Positions 26,880 through 39,639 of a stretch of DNA of 64,000 nt are shown here, piece after piece. Source of the DNA: Microbotryum violaceum (taxonomy: Eukaryota); contig CDLV01000008.1 in the NCBI GenBank assembly GCA_001244265.2, forward strand, positions 1,674,001 to 1,738,000, read 5' to 3'. Position numbers and translations under genes: made by a program. Under the pieces are notes generated by a model. That model saw only the letters and a list, made by a program, of their open reading frames with translations, made no database searches and was not told where the DNA came from. Every line of letters starts with the position of its first letter. Positions within the stretch are counted from its first letter, which is position 1.

Positions 26880-28860
26880 ATTCGATCGCTTTTCGGCTTT
26901 TGCTGCGAGAGTTTGACGCTGAGGACTTTAGCGCGCGCGACTTCAACACCCCCAGCCGTAAGCCGTGCCCGCACGCAGGCCTCCCGCAGTAAGCCGTGCC
27001 CGCACGCCTGCCTCGAGCCTAAGCCTTGGCCAGCTTGGCCCGTAAGCAGGACCCCCGAAAGCCCAGCCATAAGCGGTCCTCTAAAAACGGCCTTTTTCGA
27101 GGCAAAATGTCCAGCATTTTTACCGGATTCTGACTGATAATGTCCAAATATGAGGGCCGCCTAGTATTGAATAATTTCTCAACCCTACTCTACAAGCGGT
27201 ACAATGCTCAGGAATTCTGCTGCGCTACGCGCAGACTGCAATCACGCCGCGCGCGGGCGGGAAAGGTTGTGCGCGCGCACCAAGCACCAAGAGCGCTGCC
27301 AGCGCCACCGCCAACGAGCCTTTTCAGTGGACTCAAATAGGATCTCATCTTTGTTTATCATTTGTCATTTGATGGACATCTACATAAAATATTGCACGAC
27401 AAAACAAGGTTCTCAGCCGCGCGCTACATCCTAATACAGTACCGAGACATCTCTGGAAAATTCGCAGGAAATGCAGTCAAGCACACTGGCTAGGGCAGCA
27501 GTGTAGGACCCATTGACCCTGAATCAGAATCTATCATGCCCACCAAATTCCCCTTGAGTGATTTACAGAGACACAAGGCGAGCTTTGGACTCCTGAATTG
27601 ACGCCCGGAGCTCTTCGACTCGGAGTACCATTTCGGTGATCGGTTCCAAAGGATCCGACGAGAATTGGCGCCGGCGAACCCTGTGAATCTATCGACCGAC
27701 TAGGAAAAGAAAGATATTTCTCGGCGAGCATCCAGATCGAAAGGAAGAAAAGGAGATGTAGCTCGACAAGTCGGCGTTCCGAGCGAGAGACGATCAAAAA
27801 ATACATAAACGATCGCAAATGTAAGGGGCTCACAGGAACAGCCCCATAAGTAGCCTCTGAGTAGCTGGGACTATCAGTTTCTAGTTACGACTTGCTTTTA
27901 GCCTAGCGGTCAAGAACGACAGATTGTATTCTATGCACATTGGCAGAGGCGCATACCTTACAGCAAATGCAGACACTAACGCGCTCCAAACGCCAACAGC
28001 GCGCCGCTGGGCCGGCTATGCCCTGCGCCTGGGCCAGCCGCCCGCTACCCTGTTCTGCGCTTCAAAGTTCGACCGGAGGGAGGAAAATGTCCAAAGATGA
28101 GGTGAGCCTTGACCCAGTTTGAGCCAAAAATGTCCAAATTTGCGGGCCGCCTCTGGCTGAGCTTTCGGGGGTCCTCCGTAAGCCGCACCCGCGCAGGAAT
28201 TTCCCCAAGCACGCTCCCGCAGCACTAGGTCAGTTCCGCACTGCCTGCTGTTGCCGCACCAGTATTCGCTGCGTACCTTTGCCACCTCCTGCCAAGGTTG
28301 GTTGCCGTCCTAGATCTCTTCCTGCCCTCACGCCCTCTGGCTGACAGGTTCCGAGCATCTCACAGGACCTCCCCAGCGATACGAACACGCTGCCTCCCAG
28401 TCTTCTGCCCTGCCAGACTACGACGGACAGCTGCCCACTGCGTACGCCTCTTCTTCTCAACCTTCCTTATTGGATTGTTGACTGACTGTTCATACCCTGT
28501 ATGCAGCCGTTCTGCCCTACACCCGCCAGTGTAGCCGCACCTTCTGCTGAGTACCGAGTCACGCTCCCAGAGCTAAGGTACATCACGCCCCCGGATTAGG
28601 CTTTACCTTTTGGTACTCCTGCTCACAACTGTCCTTGTTGTGCATGTTGGCTTACTTGGCTACCTTGCGTAACAGACTACACTCGCCACCCAACGTGCCA
28701 GCGTTCAGGGTTGGTCTCCTTTTATCACGTGTCACGCTTTCCAAGCAAAGGTATGCCAAGCCTCCCAGTCTTTGCAGCATTCTGAGTACTATTAGGGTCC
28801 ACGCTTTCCAAGCAAAGTGTCCTGTTTTTGAGTTCCTCCCGCCCACCCTTAAAAATAAAC
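26880..28860 (-). mobile_element. Family A repeat, copy 2 (split by the TIR element at 27048-28175)
   Basis: Reverse complement is colinear with 18695-20610 and highly similar to 60904-61353. Confidence 0.8.
27048..28175. mobile_element. Non-autonomous TIR DNA transposon, 1128 bp, 8-bp TSD
   Basis: 32-bp TIRs matching at 28/32 (AGGACCCCCGAAAGCCCAGCCA... / ...TGGCTGAGCTTTCGGGGGTCCT); perfect flanking duplication CCGTAAGC at 27040-27047 and 28176-28183; AATGTCCA subterminal repeats. Confidence 0.9.
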
Positions 28861-29436
28861 ACTGCAACTCGACTTGTTCCCCGCTACCTAGCCGCGCTTC
28901 TATGAAAGAGTCGAACCACCGTGAATTGAGCGCGAGACACTCGGATCCGGTTCCCAGCGCATGCACCCCCGTGCATGACAGCGCATGATAATGCACCTCC
29001 GTGCAATTCAATGAGGTGAAATATGAGAGTCACACCCCTAAACATGCATGCGCATGCACGAGCCTGGTGTACTCGTGAAAAATCGAGTTACTAATTATGC
29101 AGCCCGTGGCCGATTTTCTCCCAAGCAGCTGATGTACCTCCGCGTATGAGAACGACTACTTGATATGGGTTCCTTTTCTTGTACACAGCAATTGCTCTTC
29201 ATTTTGTCTTTCGTTGACCCGCCTCGTCGGAGCTCTCGAGTTGCGGTGAGCCCCGCACCGCAACCTACTCCGTTTCGGAGTTCGCAGTAAATCGCAGTGG
29301 AAGCGAGGTCGCCTCAGCGCCTGGGATTCCCCTCTGACTCTGCGCGACAGCCGGGAACACTCGCTCTTGCCCGCTTGGTCTCGCGCCTTTGGCGTATCCT
29401 TTCTCACTCCCAACGAACAAGCAAGAACCTACGTAC

Positions 29437-30213
29437 ATGTCCCCTTCCGTGGAAGGTCTCAACCTCCACCCTTACCTCCTCTTACCAGGGGATTCGAAAC
29501 GGCTGGCCACGCTCCTCGAGTCCTTAACCAGAAGCTCCACCTCATCCGCTCCCACGTCCACCTCAACCAGCCCAACCGCAACCACCACCACCAGCCCCTC
29601 CTCACCCCCTTCTCCCGAACTCAAACTCTATTCCGACATCCTCTACGCGAACCACCATTCCCTCGGCCTGTCCCTCTCCTACAAACCCCGTTCCAAAACC
29701 TCCAAACTGCCCAAATTAATCGACGAGATCAACTGGGCCAAACTCAAGTTGGTTGGAGTGGATGTGTACAACGCTGAAACGTGGAAGGGTCAGGAATCGA
29801 AGGGAACTGGGGATAAGAAGAAGATAGAGTATAGGCCGTTTCCGCGATACCCGATCGTCATTTCGGTACCTGCTTCAGCGGTGGCCGACGCGCACACTTC
29901 CACCACCACCAAGAACACCACCACCACCACCACCACCACCTCGGGCCCATCCAGCCCTACCACCTTCCTCGTCCATCCCACAACTCAAGCCCACGAATTC
30001 ACCTCTTCCTTAGGCGAACCCGATCGAAAAGGAGGAGGAGCAGGCTCGATGGGGATTTGGTGCGAATGGACTCAATTGGGAGTGATGGTCGAATTTGCTA
30101 GTGCTGGATTGGAGGCTTGGGATAAAGGGAGGGATGCGAGGTGGATGGTACTTAGTTTGTTTGAGAGGGGCGATGAGGTGGTCGTGGAGGGTGCAGAGGG
30201 GAAGGACCGGTGA
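29437..30213 (+). CDS. Conserved-looking fungal hypothetical protein
   Basis: Intact 258-codon ORF; globular motifs ELKLYSDILYANHHSLGLSLSY and LGEPDRKGGG..IWCEW..GVMVEF; poly-Thr insertions. Confidence 0.7.
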   Translation: MSPSVEGLNLHPYLLLPGDSKRLATLLESLTRSSTSSAPTSTSTSPTATTTTSPSSPPSPELKLYSDILYANHHSLGLSLSYKPRSKTSKLPKLIDEINWAKLKLVGVDVYNAETWKGQESKGTGDKKKIEYRPFPRYPIVISVPASAVADAHTSTTTKNTTTTTTTTSGPSSPTTFLVHPTTQAHEFTSSLGEPDRKGGGAGSMGIWCEWTQLGVMVEFASAGLEAWDKGRDARWMVLSLFERGDEVVVEGAEGKDR

Positions 30214-30328
30214 GGGATTAGATCGGATGTCACGTGATGGAAGGGACGGTCACGTGATGGGATTATGCTCGAGTGAGTGGTGTAATGATATCAACAAGTG
30301 GACGGGGAATGTAACAAAAGAAAGAACG

Positions 30329-32729
30329 CTATACAGACTCGTCATCGATCTCGATCTCATCGACCATCCTCGCCATCACCTCTTCCTGATCCTGCCCTAC
30401 TACCGGCACCTCTTCCCCCACGTCCCCATCCACCTCCACCTCTGCTTCGTCCACCTCCCAATCACCTTCCTCCGATGCAACGCCCTCCCCATCCTCCTCC
30501 CACAACAACCACTCTCCCCCCCCTTCAGCCTGTCTGTCATTCACTTCCTCAACAGTAGGCCACCCCATTCCATCGAACCTCAAGACCCCACCTTTGATCC
30601 CCCACTTTTGCAGCACCTCGTTCTCTCCATCATCCAACATCGCGTCCAAAGTCGCGTCTCGACCGATAAGGGTGAGATGATCTTCGGATGTGAGGGGGGG
30701 TATGTCGTTGAATATCTGACGAGCGGCAGCGACGGAGAGGAGATAGATTGGTGGGTCTGATGGGAGGTAGCGCGTTTGGGAATTGAGGATCGCTTCAATC
30801 GAGCCGTATTTTCTGAGAGGGGTGGGGCACCGTTACTATGGTTTCAGCGGGAAGTCTCGTTTCGTATGGTAAGGGAATAGCTTGAACTCGCCTGATCAGT
30901 TCGAGCGCTCTTGCCGGTCCCAACCTGTCCAAGGAACGCCGCAGAAATGACGCCAAGACCCGTCAGCGAATGCTCTGACACCGTGCCACGCTGCCTCCCT
31001 CCACAACTCACTGGGGTATCCTCTCCGTAAAATCGCTACCGCACAATAGCGCAAAATCAATCATTTCCTCCCTACTCAGTCCCAAACCCTCTCTCGCTTT
31101 CTCAGCGTCCCAGACACTCATACCCTTACTGCTCGCGACTTCCCCATTCCCGTCCGTGTTCGCAGGATTCTGTCCTGCTGAATTGACCCTCCGCAATAAA
31201 GGGGCTTGGTATACAATGACGTCGGTGTCTTCGGAGATGACGAGAGATGCGATGCGGGCGTGGTATAGCGAGGCGCACAGAGCTTCGGCTTCGTACGGTG
31301 AGGTTGGGGAGGGTTTGAGATAGGGGATCCCGAGGGAACGGATTAGGTCCTGGCATGTTCAAACCATGGCGTTGGATTATCAGTCGTGATGTGGGTCTTG
31401 TTCGAGTGCCCAGAGCAAAAGCACTGACCAATACGTCCTCTGAAGCCTGCCAAGGTACGGCTTCTGCTCGAGTCCGATGCGACCGCTCCAACTCGTTGCT
31501 CTGCCTCAAGATTGACTCCAGCACGTCCATATCGATGCCCGTCAAACGGTGCGGCAGTATTTCTGAATCGACGACGTTGACGTCTTCCGAACTACGCTCT
31601 TCGGCCAGTATCGAATCGTACCACCTCCTCTCGGCCTCGGTGACGAGTGTCTGGTTCTTGGAGTAGAGCGTGTTGGTCGCGTCAGCTTGAAAGCGCGCGT
31701 GCAACTCGGCCAAGGAGAGTACGGTCGTGAGGACCGCATCGGGAAGGGGTGGGGATGGGGTTCTGAGTAGTGTTGATGGATGGTCGGATATTGGATGAGC
31801 TGCCGACTCTAGAGTACCGGTTGAAAGGGGATCGGAAGCCGCCGAGTCCGACACTGAAGAAGATTCTTCTTCCTCTTCGAACTCGACGTCGTCTTCCTGT
31901 GGGAGCTCGACGACATCTTCCTGAGCGTCGACGACAGTTTTCTCAGCCTCTGCCTGGACCGTCTCCCAGAGGGGTGGGGGTGGGGTTATAGGAAGAGTTG
32001 ATAGGGGTTCGGCCGTGGGCCGTGGCGGCTCCAAAGTCCCAGTTGAGAGCGGATCGGAAGCCGAGTCCGACACCCAAGCAGCTTGCTCCGTCACGACGAC
32101 TCGTCCGTCCTCCACCCCCTTCAACACAGTCTCCCTGAACCTCTTCCTAATCTCTTGCCAGTCCCGCTCGCCAACCCTCCTCCACCCTTCCAACGTCTCC
32201 CTCAACCTCTCCCCTCGATTCCACTCGACCCCGCTCCTCCCCTTTTGCAACTCCCTCGCTTCGAGACGGCGTCTATTCTCGTTCGCTTTGGCGGCTAACC
32301 TCGTCGGACCATCGAACACGACGATAGGTTTGATCCCAGCTTTAGACAGAGCGCGAAGAAAGGTGTACCATCCTTGAACGATGCGCGTACGAGAGATGGT
32401 GTTGGCGTCGGAGGTGGAAGGGGAGGATTGGGAAGGATGGGCTTGGGTCGGGCGGGAGAAGTGCAACTTGCCGGTGAGGACCGAGGCGTCGATCGCTACC
32501 GTTTGACCTTGGAGGTGCGAGAGGGAGCGCAGGGGGGTGATGGCTTGGGGAGCATGTTTGGTCAGGGTCGTGGCGAGGTCTTTGATGCCCCTGGTGGATG
32601 AGGGGAGGGGAGAGAATGTCAGTGGGAGGCGAGTCGTCGAGGGTGGGTCCCCAGGACGGGCCAGATCAAGTGGGAATCCCAGCGCGCGACAGGAGGAGGT
32701 GCGTTGACATGGGTACAGTGGACTGACAT
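30329..32729 (-). CDS. XPG/FEN1 (Rad2) family PIN-domain nuclease, multi-exon
   Basis: MGIKDL start after splicing; VAIDAS, PIVVFDG, PYEAEALCA, SEDTDV, DFALLCGSDF, GPARALELI motifs; internal duplicated SDPLSTGTLE linker. Confidence 0.85.
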
Positions 32730-33369
32730 TTTGGATGCAAGACCAGGCTGAGCGCAATCCTTGCACGTGAAAGCGCCTGCTGCTACGTCGTTCGTCTCGT
32801 CCCTGTCTACAGAAGCTGTGAAGCGTGAGATCAGAGCCGACTGCGACGCGACGCGACGCCCTTGAGAGCTTGAGATCCCAGCAAGGCAGGCAGGCAGCGA
32901 GCGAGCGGGCGCTGACTGAGCGAATGGAGTGGGCGCTGCGCTTGTTCACGGCCGTCGCAGCGACGACATGTAGAGGCAACAAAGGCGACGCGCGTATCGG
33001 TTGCACTGATGGGGGACGATCCGCAGCTGGGCAAACTCTGGGCAACTGACCGGCTTTGACCGGTGCTCGACTCGAGACGCGCGCGCGAGAACACGGCTGA
33101 ACACACACTTAGAACAGCTTAGAACTATCATATAGAACACCGTCGGCGCGCGGTTCGGGCCGTTCGGGCCGCTTTGACCAAGCTTTGGGGGGCCACTCGC
33201 TCCGTTTCTCCGCGGTCGGTACCTTCGCTCCTTACTTGCGAGAGCGCGCTCACAAAAGACATCTCCCCCTATACACCCTTCTCACACACTCGATCAAGAC
33301 GCTTCTCCTCGTTTATCTACCACCCAGTCGGGACGCGCAGTCCCTCAAGTGATCTCCCCCCACGCCCCC

Positions 33370-34200
33370 ATGCCGGAAGCGATGACGACGACCACGTCAA
33401 CCTCGGCACCGGCGGCGTCGGCATCAGCTTCTTCCTCGTCGTCGTCGTCGTTCAACCCATTCAAGCGTCGAGCTCAACAAAAGGAAGGCCCGAGTTCGAG
33501 TGCAACTGAAGGAGGAGGTACATCGAGGAAATTTCAACGGGCGAGAACGACGCAACCGCCACGATCACCGGATCGACCACGGAATCGCGCTGGTTCGGCG
33601 ACCGCGACGACGGGAATGTCCTATCAGCCGGCTGACACTCCACAACGCTCCACACCCGCACCAAGAGCAGCAGCAGCAGCAGCAACAACAACAACAACAA
33701 CAACAACAACACCCGTACCCTTACCCTTACCCCGACGAACCCCCACCCCACCCCCTCCTCCCTCCTCCTCCTCCTCGGACCCGATCACCCAAGCCCATTC
33801 GAGCCTCACCGCCCTCCAAACCCAACTCGACCATCTCTCCGCCCACTTTGACCTCAACCCTTCCACCTTGTACTTCTCCCCTCCTTCCACCTCCAACGCC
33901 GACCCAATACTCCCCTTTGTTCCCCAAAACGCTTCGTACCATTCCTACATCGAGGACCTGACCAGACTCTTGCTCAAACTCGACGGCATCGACTCGAATG
34001 GGGATCAAGGCGTCAGGCAGCGGAGGAGAGGCTTGGTCGCCGCGATCGAGAGACAGTTGGAGAGCGTTGAAGCGATCAAGAAGGGCGAATGGGAGAGGAG
34101 GCAAAAAGTGCAGCAAGAACTGAGCGATAGAAAGAGCAAGGTCGACGAGTTGATGAGGGGATTCAGGGGCGGCGGTGAGCCGGCCACGACCAGTCGGTGA
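33370..34200 (+). CDS. BAG-domain Hsp70 co-chaperone-like protein
   Basis: YIEDLTRLLLKLDGIDSNGDQGVRQRRRGLVAAIERQLESVE fits BAG helices 2-3; (GCA)n(ACA)n microsatellite at ~33667-33710. Confidence 0.8.
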   Translation: MPEAMTTTTSTSAPAASASASSSSSSSFNPFKRRAQQKEGPSSSATEGGGTSRKFQRARTTQPPRSPDRPRNRAGSATATTGMSYQPADTPQRSTPAPRAAAAAATTTTTTTTTPVPLPLPRRTPTPPPPPSSSSSDPITQAHSSLTALQTQLDHLSAHFDLNPSTLYFSPPSTSNADPILPFVPQNASYHSYIEDLTRLLLKLDGIDSNGDQGVRQRRRGLVAAIERQLESVEAIKKGEWERRQKVQQELSDRKSKVDELMRGFRGGGEPATTSR

Positions 34201-34444
34201 TATTATGTTCCGAGGGTCGCTCTTTTTGTGTCGGTCATAGATCGTTCAGGCTGTTTTATTAGACTAGACGCTGTGTGTGTAAATAAGTTTATTCACTTCT
34301 CACCTTTCTCCCTGGAGAGAACCCACTCGCGAGCGAGCCAAGCTTCAGATGCCACACTCCCGAACCCGTCGGTTTCAATTACAAAAGATGAGAGGGAACA
34401 GGACCGCACCAGCGTACGCACACAAAAAGAAGATCGCCCCCCTT

Positions 34445-37400
34445 TCACTCGCTCTTGCTCTTCTCATGCCCACCCGCCACCGTCCCACTCGGCGTCGACT
34501 CCATCGACTTCAATTCAAACACCTCCCCATCCTCCTGAGCCGTGACTTTGCTCGCCGGAACAGCGACCCGTTGTTGTTGTTGATGTTGACGATGCGCATG
34601 CGCCTCGGGTGTTTGGTTGACAAAGTAGTTGTGCAACTGATCATTGACCGTCTTGGCAACTTCGTTCGACACACTTTTGGCCAAAGCGAAAACGGGCCCG
34701 GCCATCCCAAGATGAATGGTAACGTACGCAGCACTGGCTGCGAGTAGAAGCATGGTAAAGTAGACGGGACTTCGAAGTACGGCGATGAATTCGTTCCATC
34801 CCAAGACAGCGAGAACGGCGTACATCCATACGGGGATCTGTGAGATCGACGACACCATCGAGCGTTTGGCTTCGAGGTAATACGCGTCTGCTTCCCTTCT
34901 GAAGCGAGATGACAAAGCCTCGGCTTGGGCTTCACGAAGGATCGTCAACGAGCTTTCGAAATCGAACTCTTCGTCCCCCGCGTTATTGAGCGGCGTCGAG
35001 TCCGAAGGGAGGACAAAAGCGTTCTTCTCGTCCAAAGGAGAAATCTTGGTGTACAAAGGGATCAACCCCAAGACCTCGTCCTTGGCTCGCTTGAAGATGC
35101 TATCGATGTCGTCTTCGGGTCTCCAAACGCGCGGAGTGCCTTCGTCGTCGTAGCGGAAACGCTCTTCAAACACGAGCTTGAGCTTGACGAGAAGGACCGA
35201 TTCGGCGGTCTGTTCGTCGATCTTGGCTCGAAGGGCGAGCCACGCACGTTGGCGGAGGAGGGTCAGCGCCGTCTCGTTCTCTTCGGGGGTGCAGTTGAAG
35301 CCTAGGTAGAAGAGAAGGGGCTGGACGCGTCAGTTCCGGCTCTCTGTAGTAACAAATAATCCATAAAGCACGACTCACTCCTGGCTTTGCGGGTATAGGT
35401 CTCCTCGGCCTTGTCGAGCGCCTTCCTGAATGCGGAGAGGACCTTGTCCCACATGTCCGGCGAAGGCTTGTTCAAGCTCATTTCGACCGTCTCCGAGATC
35501 TGGCTCTTGAATTTGCGCTAGAAGTTCGATCGAGAATGTATACCACACGTCAGCTCAATCCCCGAGCAGCAATCAGCACCCGCAATAGTCGCTCGCGCTT
35601 ACCTCAATGTTGGCAATCATCTTCTTGGTTTCTTCGGCCCTCAACAGATCCGCAATCGCGACCATATCCTCCTTCAACTGCATCTCCGTCTCCGTCGCGG
35701 ACCACTCCGTCTCCTCCAACAAGACCTCCTTCGAACCTTTCTCAAACTCCTTCTCCGCCTCCTTCGTCGTCCCTTCAACGACCTTTGCGAAATCGTAGCC
35801 TTCGACTTTAAGTCGTTCTTGGACCTTCTTCCTAAAATCCTTCAGGACGATCTTGTGCAAATTCTTGAGGTGCGCTTGAACGAAGGGTAATAAAGCGGTG
35901 TTGAGCTTGTCCAATAATTCGGCGCGCTTGCGACCGTATACCCCCGCATGGTACCTCGAAGCAGCGGTATCGAAACTCTCCAACGCGACCGACCGAACGG
36001 TCTGCATCCCTTTACCCAACCCAGGGACCAATGTCCCCGGCGCACTCGAGACGAAGGCTTTTGAGGCATCGACAAAGACGACGAATGCGACGTTCGCAAT
36101 TTCGTCGCATCGGAATTGAGCGAGCAACTCTTGTTGCGTCGGCAGATCAAGGTCTTTGTTTGTCACTACCGCGTCCCAGATCGTCGACATGTACTGTGAC
36201 ACACCGTCGGCGGGGATGCGTTTGTGGTATTTGGGGTGGAAGACGTAGTCCGGATGCGAAGGGTCGACGAACCGTTTGCGCAGGTTTTTGACTTCGGCTT
36301 CGAACACTTCGGGTTGTAAGAGTTTGTGAGGCAGGGTCACGAAAGCGAGGTCGAAAAAGTGTGTGATTTGCGACGACTCCAGGCCTTCGGGTTTGGAGAG
36401 CCCGTCCCAGAGGCGGTTCAGGTCGGCGGTGAGCGTGTTGCGCAGATTCTCGAGCGGGGTCGCTCCGATGTGGTCGCGAATGACGAAGAGAAGGAGGGTC
36501 TTGTCTTGAGAGCTGTGATTCAAAACACGCATAATTGGATCACGAGTTCGTGGTGCGAGAATCTTCGTTTGAGCCACTCACGCTCCGGCGGTCTTGCCCT
36601 TCTCCTTGGCGGCGAGGAACAAGCCGAGGTTGACCTCAAAGACGGTCTTGAGCAAGCCCATGTTGGCGCCTTGGTACAACCCAACCTGGTGTTCCCAAAT
36701 GTTGACGATCAAGACCTCGGTCACGGCCATGGAGAAGAGTGCCGATTTGCGTTCAAAGTCCTTAAGGGGTTTAGACGATGTTCGGAGATTGGGTCAGAAC
36801 ATGGTTCAGATTGTCTTCTCCGAGATGTCTGGCACTGACCTGATCCTCTCCACGTTCTCGTCCATCTGTGCCTTCGACGTCCATCACCAGCACGGGCATG
36901 TCTTGGCCCTTGGACATCCAAATGCCTGTCGGCCAGCTCGAAACACTTTCAGAACCCCACGGCGAAGCTGCCAAGTAGTCAATTGAGCCTGCACGAGCTT
37001 ACCTTTGGTCGTCTGTCGTCGTTCCGACTCGTTCATGACGTCGAATTTGGTGCCGAACAAGCGATTGAGCAAAGTACCTGAGAACAAGATCAGGATCGTT
37101 AGGATCGTTTTAGGGATGAGGTCGTCGCCAAAATCACCCTGTATCGGACTGACTCTTGCCCGTCGATTGACTACCAAATACGGCGACGACATCGTAGGCG
37201 AAACCTTTGTCGGCCAATTCCCAGTCCGCCATGTGGGAGTTGAGCTGGTCGCTGTAGAAAGAGAATCCGATCATCGAGGGAAGAGCTTAGCTTGCGTTGC
37301 TCCGGGCCGGGGGAGGGTTCCTCGCACTGAGGACGGCCACAAGAGAAAGAGTGTACGCACGTAAAGTTCTGGTTCTCGTCGACTATGAACATGGCATCAA

Positions 37401-37823
37401 GGACGACGGAGGGTCAGCCAGAGAAAGCTTTGCTCGGTAGGTCTGAGGACCGGCGGCGACGTGGCCCCCTCTCGCGGGGAGGCGAGGTCTACCTCGGCGG
37501 GGTGACGAACTGCCACCGTCCGGAAGAGCAAGGACAGCCTCATACTGTAGCCCAGGTGAGGCTCGGCGTCCCTGCTCCTGCACCTGCTCTCCACGCCCCA
37601 AGCTGCGCAACCCATTGTCCCGATCGGGGCTCGTTGACTGACTGAACCGCCACCGAAGCGCCGTTCCTGGACCTTACGTACCAACCTGCAGCTTGGCATC
37701 CATAGCCACGTCCCCGTTCGACTTGGTCTTGGATAGCGTAACACCTGTAGCAGGCGCGGATGCGGATGGAGAAGTAGTCGCCCCCGTATCCGTGCTCAGC
37801 ACCTCCTTCCCCCATTGATTCAT
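34445..37823 (-). CDS. SEY1: ER-fusion GTPase Sey1/RHD3, multi-exon
   Basis: [18 protein letters not shown]-loop, [43 protein letters not shown] hairpin [17 protein letters not shown]; start codon less certain. Confidence 0.93.
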
Positions 37824-38214
37824 AGTCGGTTGGATTTGCGCTCTGAAAGGGCTGGAGAGAAGAGCAATCCCAGGGACGGCGCCGGCACAAGCAAGTGCAG
37901 TGGGTCGATCGTCGGTCTTGGAAACCGGAATGACGCGCGCCACCAAAAAGTCACATGTCAGACCGCCCGAGTTCCCCTCCCCCAGTTTGCCACAGGCAGT
38001 CCGTGGTGGGTTTTGCCAGTTGCTCACGGAGATGGGTCCTATCTTAATGAGGATGGTCTCAAAGCTGACAATATTGTATGATTATATACAATGCTTATTT
38101 CTAAAGATCTAATCATGGTACAGTGCTCCGTTCTTTGGGTCCCGCCGTCCGCCCGTGCCTCCTCAAGTTTTGGACAAATTCTTTCTTCGGGCCCGGTGGG
38201 CTCGACCCGATTCT

Positions 38215-39639
38215 TTACGCAACGACCTTGACGACGACCTTGCCCTTGGCCCTGATCAGATCGAGAGGAATCAGTACACGGGCTTTATTGGCGGGCTCAG
38301 CGTGAGATTGGGGCTCACCTCGAACTCATCTGCTTCTCGTAGGCCTTGAGCGCGCCATAGAACGAGTGCACGGAATCGAACATCGGCTTGAGCGAGGTTG
38401 TAAAACAAGGTCAAATAAAGCATAGTCAGCCACTAATTTTCGGGTAGACAATTCCCGCCCTCGCCTCAAACGCACCATCTTTGAAGAGCTCGGCAGCCTG
38501 CTTCAGCTCGGGCACCATCTTCTCCGCGGGCAACCCGGCGAAGCGGTACTTCCTCGGTGTGCCACCCAAGATCCTCGGCCACGCCATACGGTACAAGATG
38601 CTCGAAACGCTACCGATCGTGCTCATGACCGTTCCCGTCATGCGAGGTCCCGCGATGTCGATGTAACCCGGTCCGCCGGCTTTGAGGATTTTGGGGCTAT
38701 CCTTGTGCAAGTCGATGCCGACGGTATCAAAGATGAGGTCGAACGGTTGCGACGAGTAGCGCTTAGTCGGTTCTTGCGCGAGGTCGACTTGTCGGTAGTT
38801 GATCACTTCGTTGGGCTTGAGCGATTCGACGTAAGACAAGGAAGCATCCGAACAGGTCGTGACGACGAAAGCGCCGAGGAGACGAGCGATCTGCACGGCG
38901 TAGCCGCCGACTCCACCCGATCCGCCGTTGATGAAGACGCGCTTCTGTTCGCCATCATCTTGATCCTTCTTGAGCCCACCCAAACGACCAAGGACGTAGC
39001 ACGCCGTCAAACCGGCAAGAGGGAACGAAGCAGCTTCCTCGAACGAGATGTTGTCCGGCTTCTTGACGAGCAAGTCATGGTCGATGACGGCATATTCGGC
39101 CAAAACACCTCCGCCGGTCTTGAAGATGTCGCCATAAGGAATTTGACCAAAGACGGCGTCGCCCAAGGCGAATCCGCTGCCTTCGAGATTGCCTCCCGCG
39201 ATTGTACCGGCGAGGTCGGCTTCAGGGATCGAAGGTACTTTTTGCAAAGCCGAGATGGGGAAGACACCCATCCCTTTCCAGGCGATGGCTGTGAGATAGA
39301 ATACAATACCATGAGGGTCAGTATAAGCAAGGTCCGCCGGCACATAGAGCTCTTCCAGGCCAGGCAGACGACCAAGACGTCATCTAGTGCGTTGAACCGG
39401 TTCCCCAGGACTCTCCGCGGAGTCCGTCTTGGTGATCGCAGCCTTCCACCGGGGTATAATCACACTGACTATAGTAAGCGCAGGAGGTCAAACTCACGAT
39501 TGAGAGACGCGGCATGGATCTTGATGAGCACTTCCTTGCCCTTGGGGACCGGTTTGGGCCAATCCTCGACCTTGCGCAGGACGTCCGAGGGTGCTCCCTT
39601 CTTTTTGAAGACCCATGCTTGCATCGTTTCAGGAGACAT
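38215..39639 (-). CDS. MDR-family NAD(P)H:quinone/enoyl reductase-like oxidoreductase, multi-exon
   Basis: PVPKGKEVLIKIHA, EAASFPLAGLTA, VFINGGSGGVGGYAVQIA, FDLIFDTVG, terminal AKGKVVVKV. Confidence 0.85.

Noticed and set aside
31126-33108. 660-aa ORF as the true nuclease N-terminus
   Set aside because: Reads through the 5' UTR and first intron; the split-ATG model gives the canonical start
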